This document shows, one piece after another, positions 11,442 through 24,807 of a DNA stretch of 64,000 bases. Source of the stretch: Azolla caroliniana (taxonomy: Eukaryota > Plantae > Polypodiophyta); assembly GCA_043228905.1 (NCBI GenBank), contig JBHGNT010000022.1, positions 6,882,001-6,946,000 on the forward strand, written 5' to 3'. Under the pieces are notes generated by a model that was not told where the DNA came from, did not search any database, and saw only the letters and a program-made list of their open reading frames with translations. Position numbers and translations under genes: made by a program. Position 1 is the stretch's first letter, and every line of letters begins with the position of its first letter.

Positions 11442-14400
11442 TTACTTGTCCGTTGGTCCTATCGGACCCTTACTGGCCTCATTACAGTTTGCCGTCGCCT
11501 CATTCTCCCCAGTTACCGGCTTGCCGTCTCCTCCGTCTTGGTGGTTGTCGTTTCCCTCACCGGTTCCCGATCCGGTGTCGGTCCTTTGCTCAAATGGGTT
11601 CTTGGGCATCGGTCCTCTATATGGCTTCAATCTGAATCCGTTGACCCATTTGCCTAGCACTTCGCCGGCAAGTGTCCCTAACTGGTAGGACCCATTATCC
11701 TCACGTGTCAGCCAATACGGGCCAGTCCATCTAAACCGTAGTTTACCCGGCATCTTGCCCATCCAGGTCTGAAATACTAACACCGGCTTGCCGATTTCGA
11801 ACATTTTTTCCTTTCCTTTCCTGTGCCGGTCAACAAATGCTTTCCATCGCCGTTGTTCCAATTCTATGTGCAGGGTGCTTGCCAGTCGTTGTTCCTCGAG
11901 TTCACACAGCGTTGTTAACCGTATTGCCTCCGACTCCTTCTTGTTCAGTCGTTCCCGTAGCTGGATCCGTAAGCTTGGTACTTGGAATTCCACCGGCATG
12001 ACCGCCTCTAGTCCGAACGCTAACCGGAACGGTGTTGTTCGGATGCTCGTTTTGTATGTTGTCCGGTATGCCCAAAGCGCGCTATGTAGCTTGGTATCCC
12101 AATCCGTTCGGTTTTCGTTGACGATCTTCCGGAGGATATTCTAGAGCGTTTTGTTCGTCGACTCAGCTAACCTGTTTGCTTGCGGATAGTACGGTGTGCT
12201 CCGTTTATGGACAACGGCATTGAATTTCATCAGGCTTTCAACTACTTGGCCGAGAAAGTGCCCCCCTTGGTCGCTTATTAATTCGATTGGGCATCCGTAA
12301 CGGCACTAGATGTATTCGTATACAAATTTTGTCGTTGACGTAGCGGTGTTGTCTCTTAAGGCTTTGGCCTCCACCCATTTCGTGTAGTAATCCGTTGCGA
12401 CGATGACGTACCAATTACCTGTTCTCATTGCCGGTGGTTTGAACGGTCAACCAAAGTCCAGCCCCCACTTCTGCAATGGTTCAAGTGGTAGTACAGGCTG
12501 GTGTGGCATCTGAGCTTGCTCCGTTGACTGGCCCATTCGTTGGCATAGGTCACATTCTTTTGCGTACTGTACAACATCTCTTAATGTAGTTGGCCACCAT
12601 AGGCCACTTTGCCATATTTTCCTGGCCGTCGCATCTCCGGCATAGTGACCTTCGGCAACTCCACAATGGGCTTCCCTCAGTATGAGGTCCTTTTCATCGT
12701 TGCGCACAACTTGTCTCCATATGCCGTCCGCGCCCTTGTGGTAAAGTGTGTCTCGCAATAAGCAGAAATGTCTGCTTTGCACCGTTAGGCGTTTCCTTTC
12801 GTCCCGGTTCATCTCCTCCGGAGGCAGTCCTATGCTCAGAAACTGGTGCATATTTGTGAGCCACTTGTCTTCCTGTGCCACCGTTTCATCTGCTGCCGTT
12901 TCCATAGTGACTCGAAACAACTCCGCATCCGGAAACTCATCCGCTACTCCGTCGCCCGTCTCTACGGACTCTAGTCGGCTTAAATAATCCACTACGACAT
13001 GCTGTATACCGGGTCGGTGGAATATTTCGAAGTCGAATTCCTGTAATAGTAAGGTCCACCGGGCCAACTTACCGGTTAGTGACGCCTTGGACACCAGGTA
13101 GAGGAGTGCCGAATGATCTACATGGAAGGAAAACTTCCTTCCCAATAAATAATGCCGAAACTTTGTCACACTGTAAATCATCCCCATAGCTTCCCGTTCC
13201 GTGGTAGAGTAGTTCTGTTCCGCTTGGGATAGCTTTCGGTTGGCATAGTACACTGGCCGGTACCACTTTGGGTCCGTAAGCTGCATCAGCGACAATAGTA
13301 CCTTGAGGGCCCTATACGCTCTATCCTCGGTGTCGGTCCACTGGAATGGTGTTCAATGTACCGCGACATGCAACGGTGTAGCTAGGTCGGCCAAGTATCG
13401 GAGCATCCGGCTATGCCACCGGATCTGGCCTAAGAACCGGCTCAATGCCTTTGCCGTTGCCAGCGTCGGTGCTTCTAATATGGCTTTCACTTTGTCCCGG
13501 TCGACTGCAATGCCTTCCTTGCTCACAATATGTCCTAGTAGGGTTCCACTACACACGCCAAATACACACTTCGCCGGATTCAAGCTTAGCCGGTACGCTC
13601 TACACTTTTCTAGACAAAGACGGAGGTGCTGCAAATGATCCCCTTCCCGGCTATAGAGGAAAACTTGCATAAAATCTGGGATATATTCACCAAAGATTTC
13701 CATGATGATTCGTTGGAATGTTGTCGGTGCCGTTTTGAGTCCGAACATCATCACCACGGCCACAAACACCCCCCATTCGGTGACGAAAGCCATTTTCTTT
13801 TGGTCGTCGGGGTGCATCCGGATCTGATTATACCCGCTGAATCCGTCTAGAAAGCTATAGACCTCATGGTCGGCGACGGCATCCAACACTCCATCTGTGA
13901 ACGGAAGTGGAAACGCATCCGTTACCGTAGCCGCATTGAGTTTTCGGTAGTCCACACAAACTCGAATTTTTCTGTTCTTCTTCGGTACGACTACAATCGG
14001 GCTCAGCCATGTCGCTTTCTTTACCGGACGGATAAAGCCAACTCTTAGCAGTTTGTCGATTTCCTCCTTGACTTTGGCAGCATAATTGGGATTCATCCGG
14101 TACCGTCTTTGTGCCACTGGTTTTGCGTCCTTGCTCAAGTGAATCTGATGTTGGTATAACTGAGGGTCGAGCCCTCGCATGTCTTCATATGACCAGGCAA
14201 ACACGTCGCGAAATTCCGTGAGAAGTGTGATCATCGCCGTTTTGTCTTCGGACTTCATCTCCTTGGCGATGTGCACCGGTTTTGCTTCGTCCGTGGTCCC
14301 TAGGTTCACCTCTTCAAGTTGCGACGCTTTTACGCGCTGTGAAACGGCCATTTCCTGTTCCAATGCTTCCTGCGCTTGCCGTAACTCTCGGATTGCGTCC

Positions 14401-16796
14401 TTATCCGGTTCTGCTTCAGTCTCTTCCGGCTGCAGTAAGTATGGTGCTACTGCTTCGGCAATTTCAATTTCGAAGAAGGGTACGATCTTCGGGTTTTCCT
14501 GCAAGTACTGAGCTTCTTCTTCGTCAGCTAACCCTTCTAGCATGTTGACGCACTCTGCATACAACAATGTACATTCTTTGCCAGTGCTTGTCCTTGGCTG
14601 TGTTGGTACACGTACCTTGGCTTTTCCTCGTCGTAAGGTAATTATATTTTTCCTCCAATTCTATTTGATATGTGCCGTTTTCAGCCACGGCCGCCCCAGC
14701 AATAGTGGGTACGCGCCTTGTGCCTGTAATTGTAGCACTACTGCCGAGATGTGAAATGTATGACCGCCAACGGTGACTTCTAATTTTCGTATTAATCCTG
14801 TCGGCCGCACTGAGCTTGTATCGGCCATCCGTAACCAGAACGGACACGGCTCCCACTCGTGGATTCCCAGGGCATCACACGTCCGGAGGCTTATTACAGT
14901 CACACCGGAGCCTCCGTCTATTACTGTGCCGGGGAGTTCTTTCCCTTTTACAATGGCAATAATTACCGGACTGTTGGTGTCCACCACCGTTGGTCCCTCC
15001 TCCGGATTCGAGAAGAGTATCGGTGCCGGTGATGATTCTCCTTCCGTCATGGCTGTCTTCAGTCCTTCCGTGAATCTCAGCACGAGCTGTAGGAGTCTTC
15101 CTAGTGGCAGCGTAATCTGACATTCTTGCAACGCCTGCCATGTCTCGTTCTCGGAGTGACTGCCGCCGGCAAGCCCTATGGTGTTCTCCTTTTGCCGCTC
15201 TAAGTCTGTTACATTTTGCTCGTTTTCTTTCTTCACCCATTCCGTCGCTTGCTTCCGGATGGTCTCCTACGTCTCCCATTCCTTGGCCATGCCCTTCGAC
15301 CTTGTGGTCACTTGCTGCAGATCTGCCACTTCAGGGACTACCATATTTACTACCGGTCGTTTGTCATAGCTCTTTGGCAGGCATTGATTACTATAATGGC
15401 CTTCCTATCGGCAGTAGTAGCAGTAGGCTTTCCGGGTATTGCTGGATTCGGCATTGTTTGTTGTACCCGGGGCAGGTCCTGTGGTCAGCGCGGGGTTTTG
15501 GGCCGGTTGGCTGCTTGACGCTCCTTGTTCCGGATCCCGTGGGTGGCCGCCTTTTTTGAAATGTCGTTTTTTGTTATAGTTCTTCTTATTGCGGTACTCT
15601 TGACGAGGTTGGTCGTTATATCTGCCGTATTCCTCCCGTTGCTGACGATACCCGGGGGAGTGCTCTCGGTCGTAATGTTCGTATCGTCTATTGTAATCCC
15701 AGTACCGATCATATCTATCGTACCAGTCGTAGTTATCCCGCCGATCACCGTACCGGACATCATTCTCCCGTCGATCGCCATACCGGACATCCTGTGCCGG
15801 TCGGTCACGGTCCATTCGCCGCCAACGTTCCTCTTCTTCATCCCGGCTACTGCGTGGCTCTATTTGTCGGACAAGCGGTGCTTGCCGGTTCAATAGATTA
15901 TACTCGCACCTATCTGTCGTATGGCCCTTGGATTGACAGATTACACATTGCGTCCTCATAGTGCATTCTAGTGCCGAGTGTCCGGAATTCAAGCAGGTTG
16001 TGCACTGTATTGCTTGCCGAAACCGGAGGTCTTCATCGGACAGTAACGCTCGTTGGAGTGCTCCCAGTGTGAGCCAGGAGCTTGTCTTTTCCATCTCTCT
16101 CACCCGGTCAATGACCTGGTCGATGGTACTTGCGCAGAAGTCAATTACCGTGCAAACCGTGCGTAGGGGTTCCCGGAGCGCATTTAGGAATATAGTCCGT
16201 AATTCCTCCTCCGGGGGTGCGCGGGCAAGCTGACTATGCATCTGTTGAAACCGGATGACAAACTGGGGAATGCTTTCCCCTGCCTCCTGTCAGATGGTAT
16301 AAAACAAGCCCACTATTACTGTCTGGTTCACCTCCTTGTGGAAAAAATGCAAGAATTTAGCTTTAAAATCTGCGAAGGTGGTGATGGTAGATGGGTCCTG
16401 CGTCCGGTGCCATTTTGCTGCCGGTCCCTCCAATGTGACGCCAAATTCCGCTATCTTAGAGCGTTCCTCTTCCTCCGGGTTCAATCGCTAGGACACATGG
16501 TTTGCTTCCCATGTCTGTTCAAAGGCGTGAACATGAGCTTCCGCGTCCGGATCATCTCTATACTTGGAGTACTGGAACGGCATGTCGTCGTCCGGTATCG
16601 GTGCGTGGGCTGGTGGTGTTGGTGGTCGTTCCTGGTTTTTCTCCGGCGTCGGTGGTCTTTCCTCTTCTTTTGGTGACGGAGGCCTCTCCTCCTCTACTTC
16701 CGGTGTCGGAGGTCGCTTTTCCTGTGCTTCTGGTTCCGGAGGTTCCAGCCTTAGCACTTCCGGTTCCGGTGTCGGTAAGGTGTCTGATCCTTCGTC
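11442..16796 (-). pseudogene. gag-pol of B (originally one ORF), degenerate
   Basis: ORF pieces 16488-16805, 15405-16241, 14661-15236, 13353-14567, 12447-13295 and 11442-11999 in gypsy order. Confidence 0.9.
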
Positions 16797-17167
16797 CTTC
16801 ACCAAAGGGGTGTTACGGCAAGAGGATTAGGCTCAACGATTAATCCGACTTAATTAGGTTACTTAGCAAGATCGTCCTTAATAATCACACGCGTAAGATA
16901 TAACAATGAATGCAGAACGGCAATTAACACAGAGAGATAAAAACACTAAGCTTCATTAATTATCCGCTCAACATTACATTGTATCCGGGCCTTTAAATAG
17001 GTTTCTGGTTTCAGTGCCATCCGCACCTGTTCGGGATCGGTCTAGATCCGGAACGGCATACCGATTCCGGTCCGTCCGTCCACACTAATAGCTCACTTAT
17101 AACCATTCCTTAATAATTAAATAACTCCTTCGTTTCACACTCTGGACTCCTTTGTCGGCCGGTAACA
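16797..17167 (-). repeat. 5' LTR of B, lacking its U5 end
   Basis: Matches 7855-8225; fused directly to gag sequence at 16796. Confidence 0.88.
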
Positions 17168-17172
17168 CATGA

Positions 17173-18320
17173 GACGCATATGAAGACTTCGTTGAATAGT
17201 GAAATGAATCAACCAATGAAAACTCGTTGCATCCATAATCGGAGAATATGTATCGGTATAATCAATACCAAATCGTTGCGTGAAACCTTGAGCAACAAAC
17301 CTTGCCTTATAACGGATAACTTCTCCTTTATCATTATGCTTCCGTACAAAAACCCAACAATAGCCAACAGGTGTATGACCAATAGGCATCTCTTGAATTT
17401 TACCAAAAACTCCTCGTTTGAGAAGACTATTTAGCTCAGCTTGAATAGCTTCTTTCCACTTATCCCAAAAAGGGGATGCTTTTGCTTCTTGAATAGTTTG
17501 AGGATCAAATTCATTCACAAAAGTTGTTGCAACATAGAAAATGAAGATATCATTAACCTCTTGTCGCGTTATTAACTTAGAATTAGTATAATTAGCAATT
17601 GGAGACTCTTCACTAATTATCCTATTTGATACTATAGGAACTTCAATCTCAGCCTCAGTTGTTGGTTTTCGCTTTCTTAATTGTTTATCCTTTGCTCCAA
17701 TAGGCTGTCCACGCTTCCTTTGAGATTCTAGAACATGTGTCGATGATTCACCAATCAAAATTCGATTAGGCACATTCATAGCAGGGTTAATGTCGAAGAC
17801 CTTCATATTGAAAGTGTCAACAAAAAGCATCTGGTGCATTGTTGGCAATACTTTGTAGATGTAATATTCGTTGAACTTCTTTCTCCCCCTCTCCAGTATA
17901 AGGATCTGGTGGCACTAGTTTATCCTTGGCCAATTAAACATTAGACTTTGATCAATCTTTCATGATGTTTCTCTTTTCCAGTTATCTTCCCCTAAAATCG
18001 GGAATGTTGATTCATCAAATTGGCAATCGGCAAAGAGAGTTGTAAATAAATCGCCAGTTGTAGGTTCGAGATAGCGGATGATTGAAGGAGAGTTGAATCC
18101 CACATAAATTCTGAGAAGACGTTGAGGACCAAGTTTCCTACGGTAATGTGGAGAAATAGGAACATAAACTGCACAACCAAATACTCGTAAATGAGAAACA
18201 GAAGGTGGAAAACCTGTCATGAGTTGATGGGGAGAGTAAACATGATATGATGATGGCCGTAATCGGAGAAGTTGCGATGCATGAAGTACTGCATGTCCCC
18301 GTGCCGACAGCAGTTCTGAG
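17173..18320 (-). pseudogene. Bianca integrase C-terminus and RT N-terminus
   Basis: GHAVLHA..LRLRP, SHLRVFGCAVYVP, KLGPQR, WKEAIQAEL, RYKARFVAQGF. Confidence 0.88.
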
Positions 18321-18329
18321 ACTTCCACA

Positions 18330-21300
18330 GGCAGGGGGAGTCATGGCGACACCGGAAGACGGCAAGAGAAGTCTGCAACGGAATGATGGTATTGTGGCAA
18401 AAAGGGCCACAGAGAAAGCGAGTGCTAGAGAAAACACGCCGATACGGACAAATCCGGATCCGGCAAGGCTGGCAAGGATGGCCGGCAAAGCTCGCACTAC
18501 ACAAAGGGATCGGGAGGATCCAAGAATGGTAACGGGCCAGCCTTGGTGATGAAGCACGAGGTGAACTCGATGAAGAAGACCACTTCCAAATTGGAGGAAT
18601 TCTGGTATGTTGACTCCGGTGCGTCAAACCACATGACGAACCACAAAGAGTGGTTCTCCTTTTTGGAAAAACCGGGTCAACCAGGAGTAGTCGAAACCGG
18701 AGACGACACTCCTCACCCAATCGTGCACGTCAGAGAAGTCCCTTTGAGCCACGTCGAACAGAAAGGGAAGCTGATGAACGTATTACACGTTCCGACAATC
18801 ACGAAGAACCTGGTGTCGGTCGGACAGATCGTCGACCAGGGGATGCAGGTGCGGTTTACGCACCTCGGGTGCTTTATCGAGGAAGAGGGCCAGATTATTG
18901 CGCAAGGGCGCAGAGACGGGAGGATGTTTATCCTCGACACCAATGACATCGGCACTGCTCTGTTTGCAAAAGGACAGAAGGTCGAATCGGACATCGACCT
19001 GTGGCACAAGCGGATAGGCCACGTCAATTACCGGAGGCTTCAAGACCTGCAAACGAAACAAGTTGTTTTCAGTTTGTCGAAGTTCAGCGACCGGAAGGCC
19101 CAAGTATGTGAAGCCTGCCAACTCGGGAAGCAACACCGGCTTCCATTCCCTACCGAATGTAACTGGAGCCGTAACAAGCTCGACCTAATCCATTCGGATG
19201 TGTGGGGACCGGCACAGAGCGTTAGTCTTGGCGAGAGTCGATATTTTGTCTCCTTCATCGACGACTATACACGGCACACATGGATCTACCTCATTGAGCG
19301 TAAGAGTGAAGTCTTTGAGTGTTTTCGAAGTCTCCAAAGCATGGTGGAACGGGAATCGGAGAGGAAGATCAAATGCCTGCAATCGGATGGCGGGAAAGAA
19401 TACTTTTCCGGCCGATTCAACAGTTATCTGTAGCAAACGGGAATTCGGCGAGAGTTCAGCTACAGATACACACCGCAACAGAACGGTGTTGCAGAGAGGA
19501 AGAACCGGTCGCTTATCGATGCGGCAAGGGCAATGCTGAATGAGAAGAGCATGCCCAAATTCTACTGGGCGAAGGCAGTCCAAATGGTTGTCTACATCCA
19601 GAACCAAATTGGTGACAAGGTGTCAGCTCACGAGCTGTATTTCGGGCGGAAGCCGAATTTGAGACACCTTAAGATCTTCGGTAGCATTGCATTTGTGCAT
19701 GTACCGGATGAGAAGGGGAGGAAGCTGGATGCAAAATCGGAAAAATGCATCCTAGTCGGTTATGCTCAAGAGTAAAAGGGTTATAAGTGTTATAACCCCC
19801 AGACAAAGCAAGTCCAAGTTAGTCGAGATGTCGAGTTTGATGAATCGGCATCGTGGTACTCCTTACCGTCTCCGACTTCCGAATATGACTTGATACCGGT
19901 GGATGAGGCTAGTGATCCTGAACCGGCCCAAATAGAGGATGATGAAGCGTGGACTCAGGATGAGAGTCCGGAATCGTTCTAGTTGAGTGGGCCGAACGAG
20001 AGACTGAGTCAATCTGACCAGTCCGATGAGGAACCGGCAAGTAGTGGAGACTCTGTCGTGCACTCCCCGCACAAGGAACCGAGGAGACGGTTCACGCGCA
20101 AAGAGAAGGGGAAGAAGAAGATGTAGGAATTTGAAACCGGAAATGATGAGTCGGATCGGTGTACGTCCGACTCCGGCAAGGAGAAAGGCGAATCTTCGTC
20201 AACGAAGACCGAACCGGCCAAGAAGGGCCTCAAACTGGGTAACGGTGAGTTACGCCGGTCCACCCACCAAAAGGATCCCGTCAAGTGGTACAGGTACAAT
20301 GAGTACATGGTGCATCACTATGCATACATGACTAAGGTGGCGGAAGTGTGTGAGCCGGAGAGCTACGCAGAAGTGGCCAAGGACGCAAATTGGCGTGCCG
20401 CTATGGAGGAAGAAATGCGGGCACTTGATGTCAACAAGACATGGGACCTGGTTGACCCTCCTCGTCACTGTAAACCGATCGGATGCAAGTGGATATACAA
20501 AGTAAAGTACAACGCCGACGATTCAGTTAACCGGTACAAGGCCCGGTTAGTGGTGAAGGGATATGCGTAGACCCACGGAATCGACTACGACGAGACCTTC
20601 ACTCCTGTAGCGAAGATGACGACGGTTCGAGTGGTGCTGGCGGTTGTTGTGGCAAGGGGGTGGCATCTTCATCAGATGGATGTGAAGAATGCATTTCTTC
20701 AAGGTGATCTTGAAGAAGAAGTCTTTATGACTCAGCCTCCCGGGTTTCAATCAGAGATAAACACGTCGGCAGTATATCGGCTGAAGAAGTCGTTGTACGG
20801 CCTGAAGCAAGCCCCTTGAGCTTGGAATGCAAAGATCACGCACCGGTTGCGTAAGATGGGGTTTGTGGCCTCCAAATCGGACTCTTCACTGTTCATCCGG
20901 TAAGGCTCTGCCGGTCCGGTATGTATACTGTTGTATGTTGATGATCTAGTCATCACCGGACCGGGTGTTCCAGAAATCAACCGCGTCAAGTCCCAGTTGT
21001 CAGACGCATTTGAATTGAAGGATCTGGGGGATCTTCATTATTTTCTAGGGATCGAGATGATTCGAACCCCGGATGGCATATTGCTCTCACAATGACATTA
21101 CGTCTTGAATATGGTGTACAAGTTCGGCGTGGCAGAATGCCGACCTGTATCCACACCCCTGGACCGGAACCAGAAGCTTTGTCCCAACTCCGGATCGGCC
21201 TGCAACAAGCAACGGTTCCGACAAATTGTCGGAAGCCTTATTTACTTGACTATCACGCAACCCGACATCAGCTATCCGGTCGGAATGATAAGTCAGTTCA

Positions 21301-22885
21301 TGCAGCAGCCAACCATGGAGCACCTTTAGTGCGCGCAAAGGATATTGCGGTATGTCAGCGGCACGAAGGACCGGGGACTGTTATACCGGCGCGGTATACC
21401 CGAAGAGCTCGTAATTACACAGATGTCGACTGGGCCGGCGATGCATCAGATCGCCGATCAACCTCCGGTTACATGTTTTCCCTTGGTAGCGCAGCTGTTG
21501 CGTGGAGCAGCAAAAAGCAGCCAACAGTTGCTCTGTCGAGCACTGAGGCTGAGTATTGGGGCGCTACCATTGCCACTTATGAAGCCATTTGGATTCGGCG
21601 ACTGCTGCAAGACCTACGAATCAAGGTACCGACCCCGATTCTGGTCTACTGCGACAACATAAGCAGCATGCAACTCGCCAAGAACCCCGTATTCCATGCT
21701 CGCACAAAGCACATAGAAGTGCACTATCACTTCGTGCGTGAGCGTGTCCTGAGCGGTGAGGTTGAACTTCGGTATGTTCACACGGATCGGCAAGTTGCCG
21801 ACATCTTCACCAAACCACTCAGATCAGACAAGTTGCAGCACTTCACCGAAATTCTTGGTGTTCAGCATCTCGACGTGCCACACTTGAGGGGGAGAACGGG
21901 CAAAGACACCGGAACGGGCAAAGACACCGGAACGGGCAAAGACACCGGAACGGGCAAAGGCAAAGAGACTGCTGATTGCCCCGGTGAGGGAAGAACAGGA
22001 AGCGGCAAAGTCAAGAAGGACAGAGCCGACCGAAGGAAGAAGACCAAGACCCGGTCATGGTCCGATGTGGTGAAGGGCTTGGAACCAGAAGACGAATTGG
22101 GAGCAACCGATTCGAACAAGAGCTGGAACGAATCAGAGATAGTCGATTTGGTTCAAAAGACAGATTCGAAAGAACCGGATCAATTCAAGGCCAAGCAGAC
22201 ACGGATGCAGCGGAAATCGATGCCATCGTGGAGGAACCGACGGATCGGCAAGCACTGGAGTCATAGCAGTGAAGGAGCTGAGAGGGGCCTATTGAGCAGA
22301 CATACCGACCGAGAAGGTCGAGGCACGCAGAACAAGAGGGGTCGCGGCAAACAAAATCGGACCGGACGAGGAGCGCGAGCAAGGCGGAGCGATGCCAGGA
22401 GAAGTCGGTTGGAAGAACCGACTGCCACAGAGACTGACACCAGGATCCAACCTCAAGTTGAGCTTGAGGGGGAGTGTTGAGCGGCAAGCTCAACTGGAGC
22501 CGGATCAGCTGAATAAGCCTGAGCCGGCAAGCGAGACGGATCGATAAGCCGGCAAACAACAAAGACGGTGAGTTGGGGAGCCGGTTAGCCGGATCCAATC
22601 GGTAACTGGAAGCCTAGTATTAGTTTAGACTACTAGGCAATTATAGTCTCGTAATAAGTGTCAGATGCTCGTGTGAGCATTGAAGTACGCGGTACTTCTG
22701 TCAGTCCCATGAGGACTTGTATAAATAGTGCTACTGAGCACAGTTGTAATGATAGAGTAATTATATCGTTTTTGAATATAGCTTTTACGTTCTGCTCTCT
22801 CAGTCTCTCCCGCGTACACTGTGTATTCCCTACTTTTCTCTGTTTTCTAACGCTTCCGCAAGTAATCGTTTACAGTATTCCAACT
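18330..22885 (+). mobile_element. Ty1/copia element F, 5'-truncated (zinc knuckle, PR, INT, RT, RH, 3' extension, PPT, 3' LTR 22475-~22885)
   Basis: YCGKKGH..EC; WYVDSGASNHM; LWHKRIGH; HSDVWGP; QSDGGKEY; QMDVKNAFL; [13 protein letters not shown]; PPT GAGGGGGAG at 22466-22474 followed by TGTTGA. Confidence 0.9.
21892..21962 (+). repeat. 18-bp tandem repeat GGAACGGGCAAAGACACC (about 3.5 copies, encodes GKDTGT)
   Basis: Direct inspection. Confidence 0.9.
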
Positions 22886-24450
22886 TTAAAGGTAGATCTT
22901 GAACATTATTGATCATTCTTCTAATCATTGTATGGCCAGGATGACCTAGTCTATCATGGCAAAGATCCATTATATCGGTATTGACATTCGAAGAAATATT
23001 GGAGTAGTGGGCAAATGAAGCCATGTGGATGTTCGAGGCTTTAAGGTTGAAACAATACAATTGATTTGGTAAGACTTCTAACTCATCAATAACTTGGGTA
23101 GTATTTGGCAGGTGCTTGACTACTCGCATTGTCTCTTTCCCATCTTGTTCCCATATCATGAGGTGGTATCCATTGCGTCGCACATCTACAAATGCAAGAA
23201 CATTTCTCAGTGAGGTAGGCGCATAGATAGCATCATGTATTTCTAAGCAAACACCACTTGGAAGTTGGATACTGGCGGGGCCTCTTCCTTGTCCAATACA
23301 AGAACCAGCAATAGTCTTGATGTCGAAAGGGGCTTGATCTTTAATATTATGAAAGAATTCTTTATGACATAGAATAGTGTGTGTTGAGGCACAATCAATA
23401 AGACAAAGAAAACGGCTTGTATGCAAATCAATCATGTGAGCTTCAAACATGTTGGCTTCGGGCTCAAATTCCAAAGGATGATCCATAAAACTATATTCCA
23501 AGATTGGAATTGATGGTAATATCGTTGATGATTCTACTACCATATTAGCCTCTAGTTTCGTATCTCGACCTTGCTTGCCATACTTTTGGTAAAGATCAAC
23601 ATGAAATTTAGAAGTTCGGCAAGTATTTGCCCAATGCCCTTGTAAACCACGTCGAAGACATGAATTCGATGAAGGCTTATCTTGACTTGACTTTGATTGA
23701 TGATGCATTGGCTTGACTTGATTACTTGTGGGATATTGGTTCCTTTGTCGATTTCTTCCTCCTCTTCCTCTTCCTTGACTCTGTGCATATAGATGTTGGT
23801 GACGATGTTGTTGTCTAGAATAATTACTCTCAACATGCATGAAATCCTTGAATTGTAGAGCCGTAGGTTGACTTACTGGATGAAGTTTGTCGTTCTTGAG
23901 GAGAACTTGGTGGTGTTGCTCAGTGACAAGAAGTGCAGATAAAAGTTCAGCATAGGTTTTTAAATCACAATTACGATATTGTTCGGAAAGATTAAAATTT
24001 GAGGGATGAAAAGTAGTTAACGTTTTGTTGATTAGATTCGCCTCTTGAACAAGGTTATCATGACCACAAAATTTAAGTTTAGAAATGATACCAAATAGTG
24101 ATGAATTATATTCAGCAACTGTCTTGAAATCTTGAAAATGAAGTTGATTCCATTCATGCAAAGTGTTGGGGCCAAGAACAGTTCATTGATGATCAAAGCG
24201 GGCTTTGAGTTGCTTCCAGAGAGTTGATGGATTCTTGATGGAGAAGTATTGATTTTGAAGGCTTAGATCAAGGTGATGAAGAATGAAGATGAATGCTTCC
24301 GCTCCCTTCTTCCTAGTATTTGAATTCTCCACATCATTAAAATTATCACTTATCGTATGAAGGATATCTTTTGCCATGAGATGGCCTTCAACATGAACCA
24401 TCCAAGTCATATAATTGGACCCATCCAACACAAGTGGTGGGAATAAGCAT
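22886..24450 (-). pseudogene. Bianca gag, protease and GAG-pre-integrase region
   Basis: LDGSNYMTW, FQDFKTVAEYNS, GHWANTC, LIDCASTHTIL, HDRLGHPG (ORFs 24183-24431 and 22830-24161). Confidence 0.88.
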
Positions 24451-24542
24451 TTCTCTATTTGTAGAGCTTGAGAAGTCGTGCTAATGGTAATAATAAGGTA
24501 GATTTATATAAGAGAATAATTAATTACTATGGTAGAGGCTAA

Positions 24543-24807
24543 TCGTGCTAATAACGTGTTATAGAATAGAGTGATTAAGTAAGATCAAAGAGTGATTAGA
24601 TATTAATCAAGATCACAATACAATATCTAGATAGAACTCATAGGCTATGTTCATCTCTATATCTTCAAAATGATTGAGATACATAAGTTTTATGACTTAC
24701 AAGATGATGAGATGCATCCATACTATTTACATCATGAAGTCTTCTTAACTAGAGTTTAAGACTAAGATAAGTATAGCATAACTCATGTTATGCATGAGTT
24801 CATAACA
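24543..24807 (-). repeat. PBS (24543-24556) and 5' LTR (24557-24807) of the Bianca copia
   Basis: LTR match to 6251-6501; CGTTATTAGCACGA directly after the LTR on the minus strand. Confidence 0.9.

Larger units (their letters stand above)
7802..17167 (-). mobile_element. Ty3/gypsy element B (family of E): gag-PR-RT-RH-INT plus extra ORF, no PPT
   Basis: TSD CATGA at 7797-7801 and 17168-17172; LTRs 7802-8225 and truncated ~16797-17167; PR VIDGGSG; RT CVDYRKLN and LDGFSGYNQI; INT KWGLDF and GPY. Confidence 0.93.
6251..24807 (-). mobile_element. Ty1/copia retrotransposon, Bianca lineage, full-length shell carrying nested B and F
   Basis: 251-bp LTRs at 6251-6501 and 24557-24807 (TG..CA); TSD AGTGT at 6246-6250 and 24808-24812; PBS CGTTATTAGCACGA (Bianca-type half-tRNA-Met); Gag FQDFKTVAEYNS; INT KLGPQR; RT AIYVDDL. 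Confidence 0.9.
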
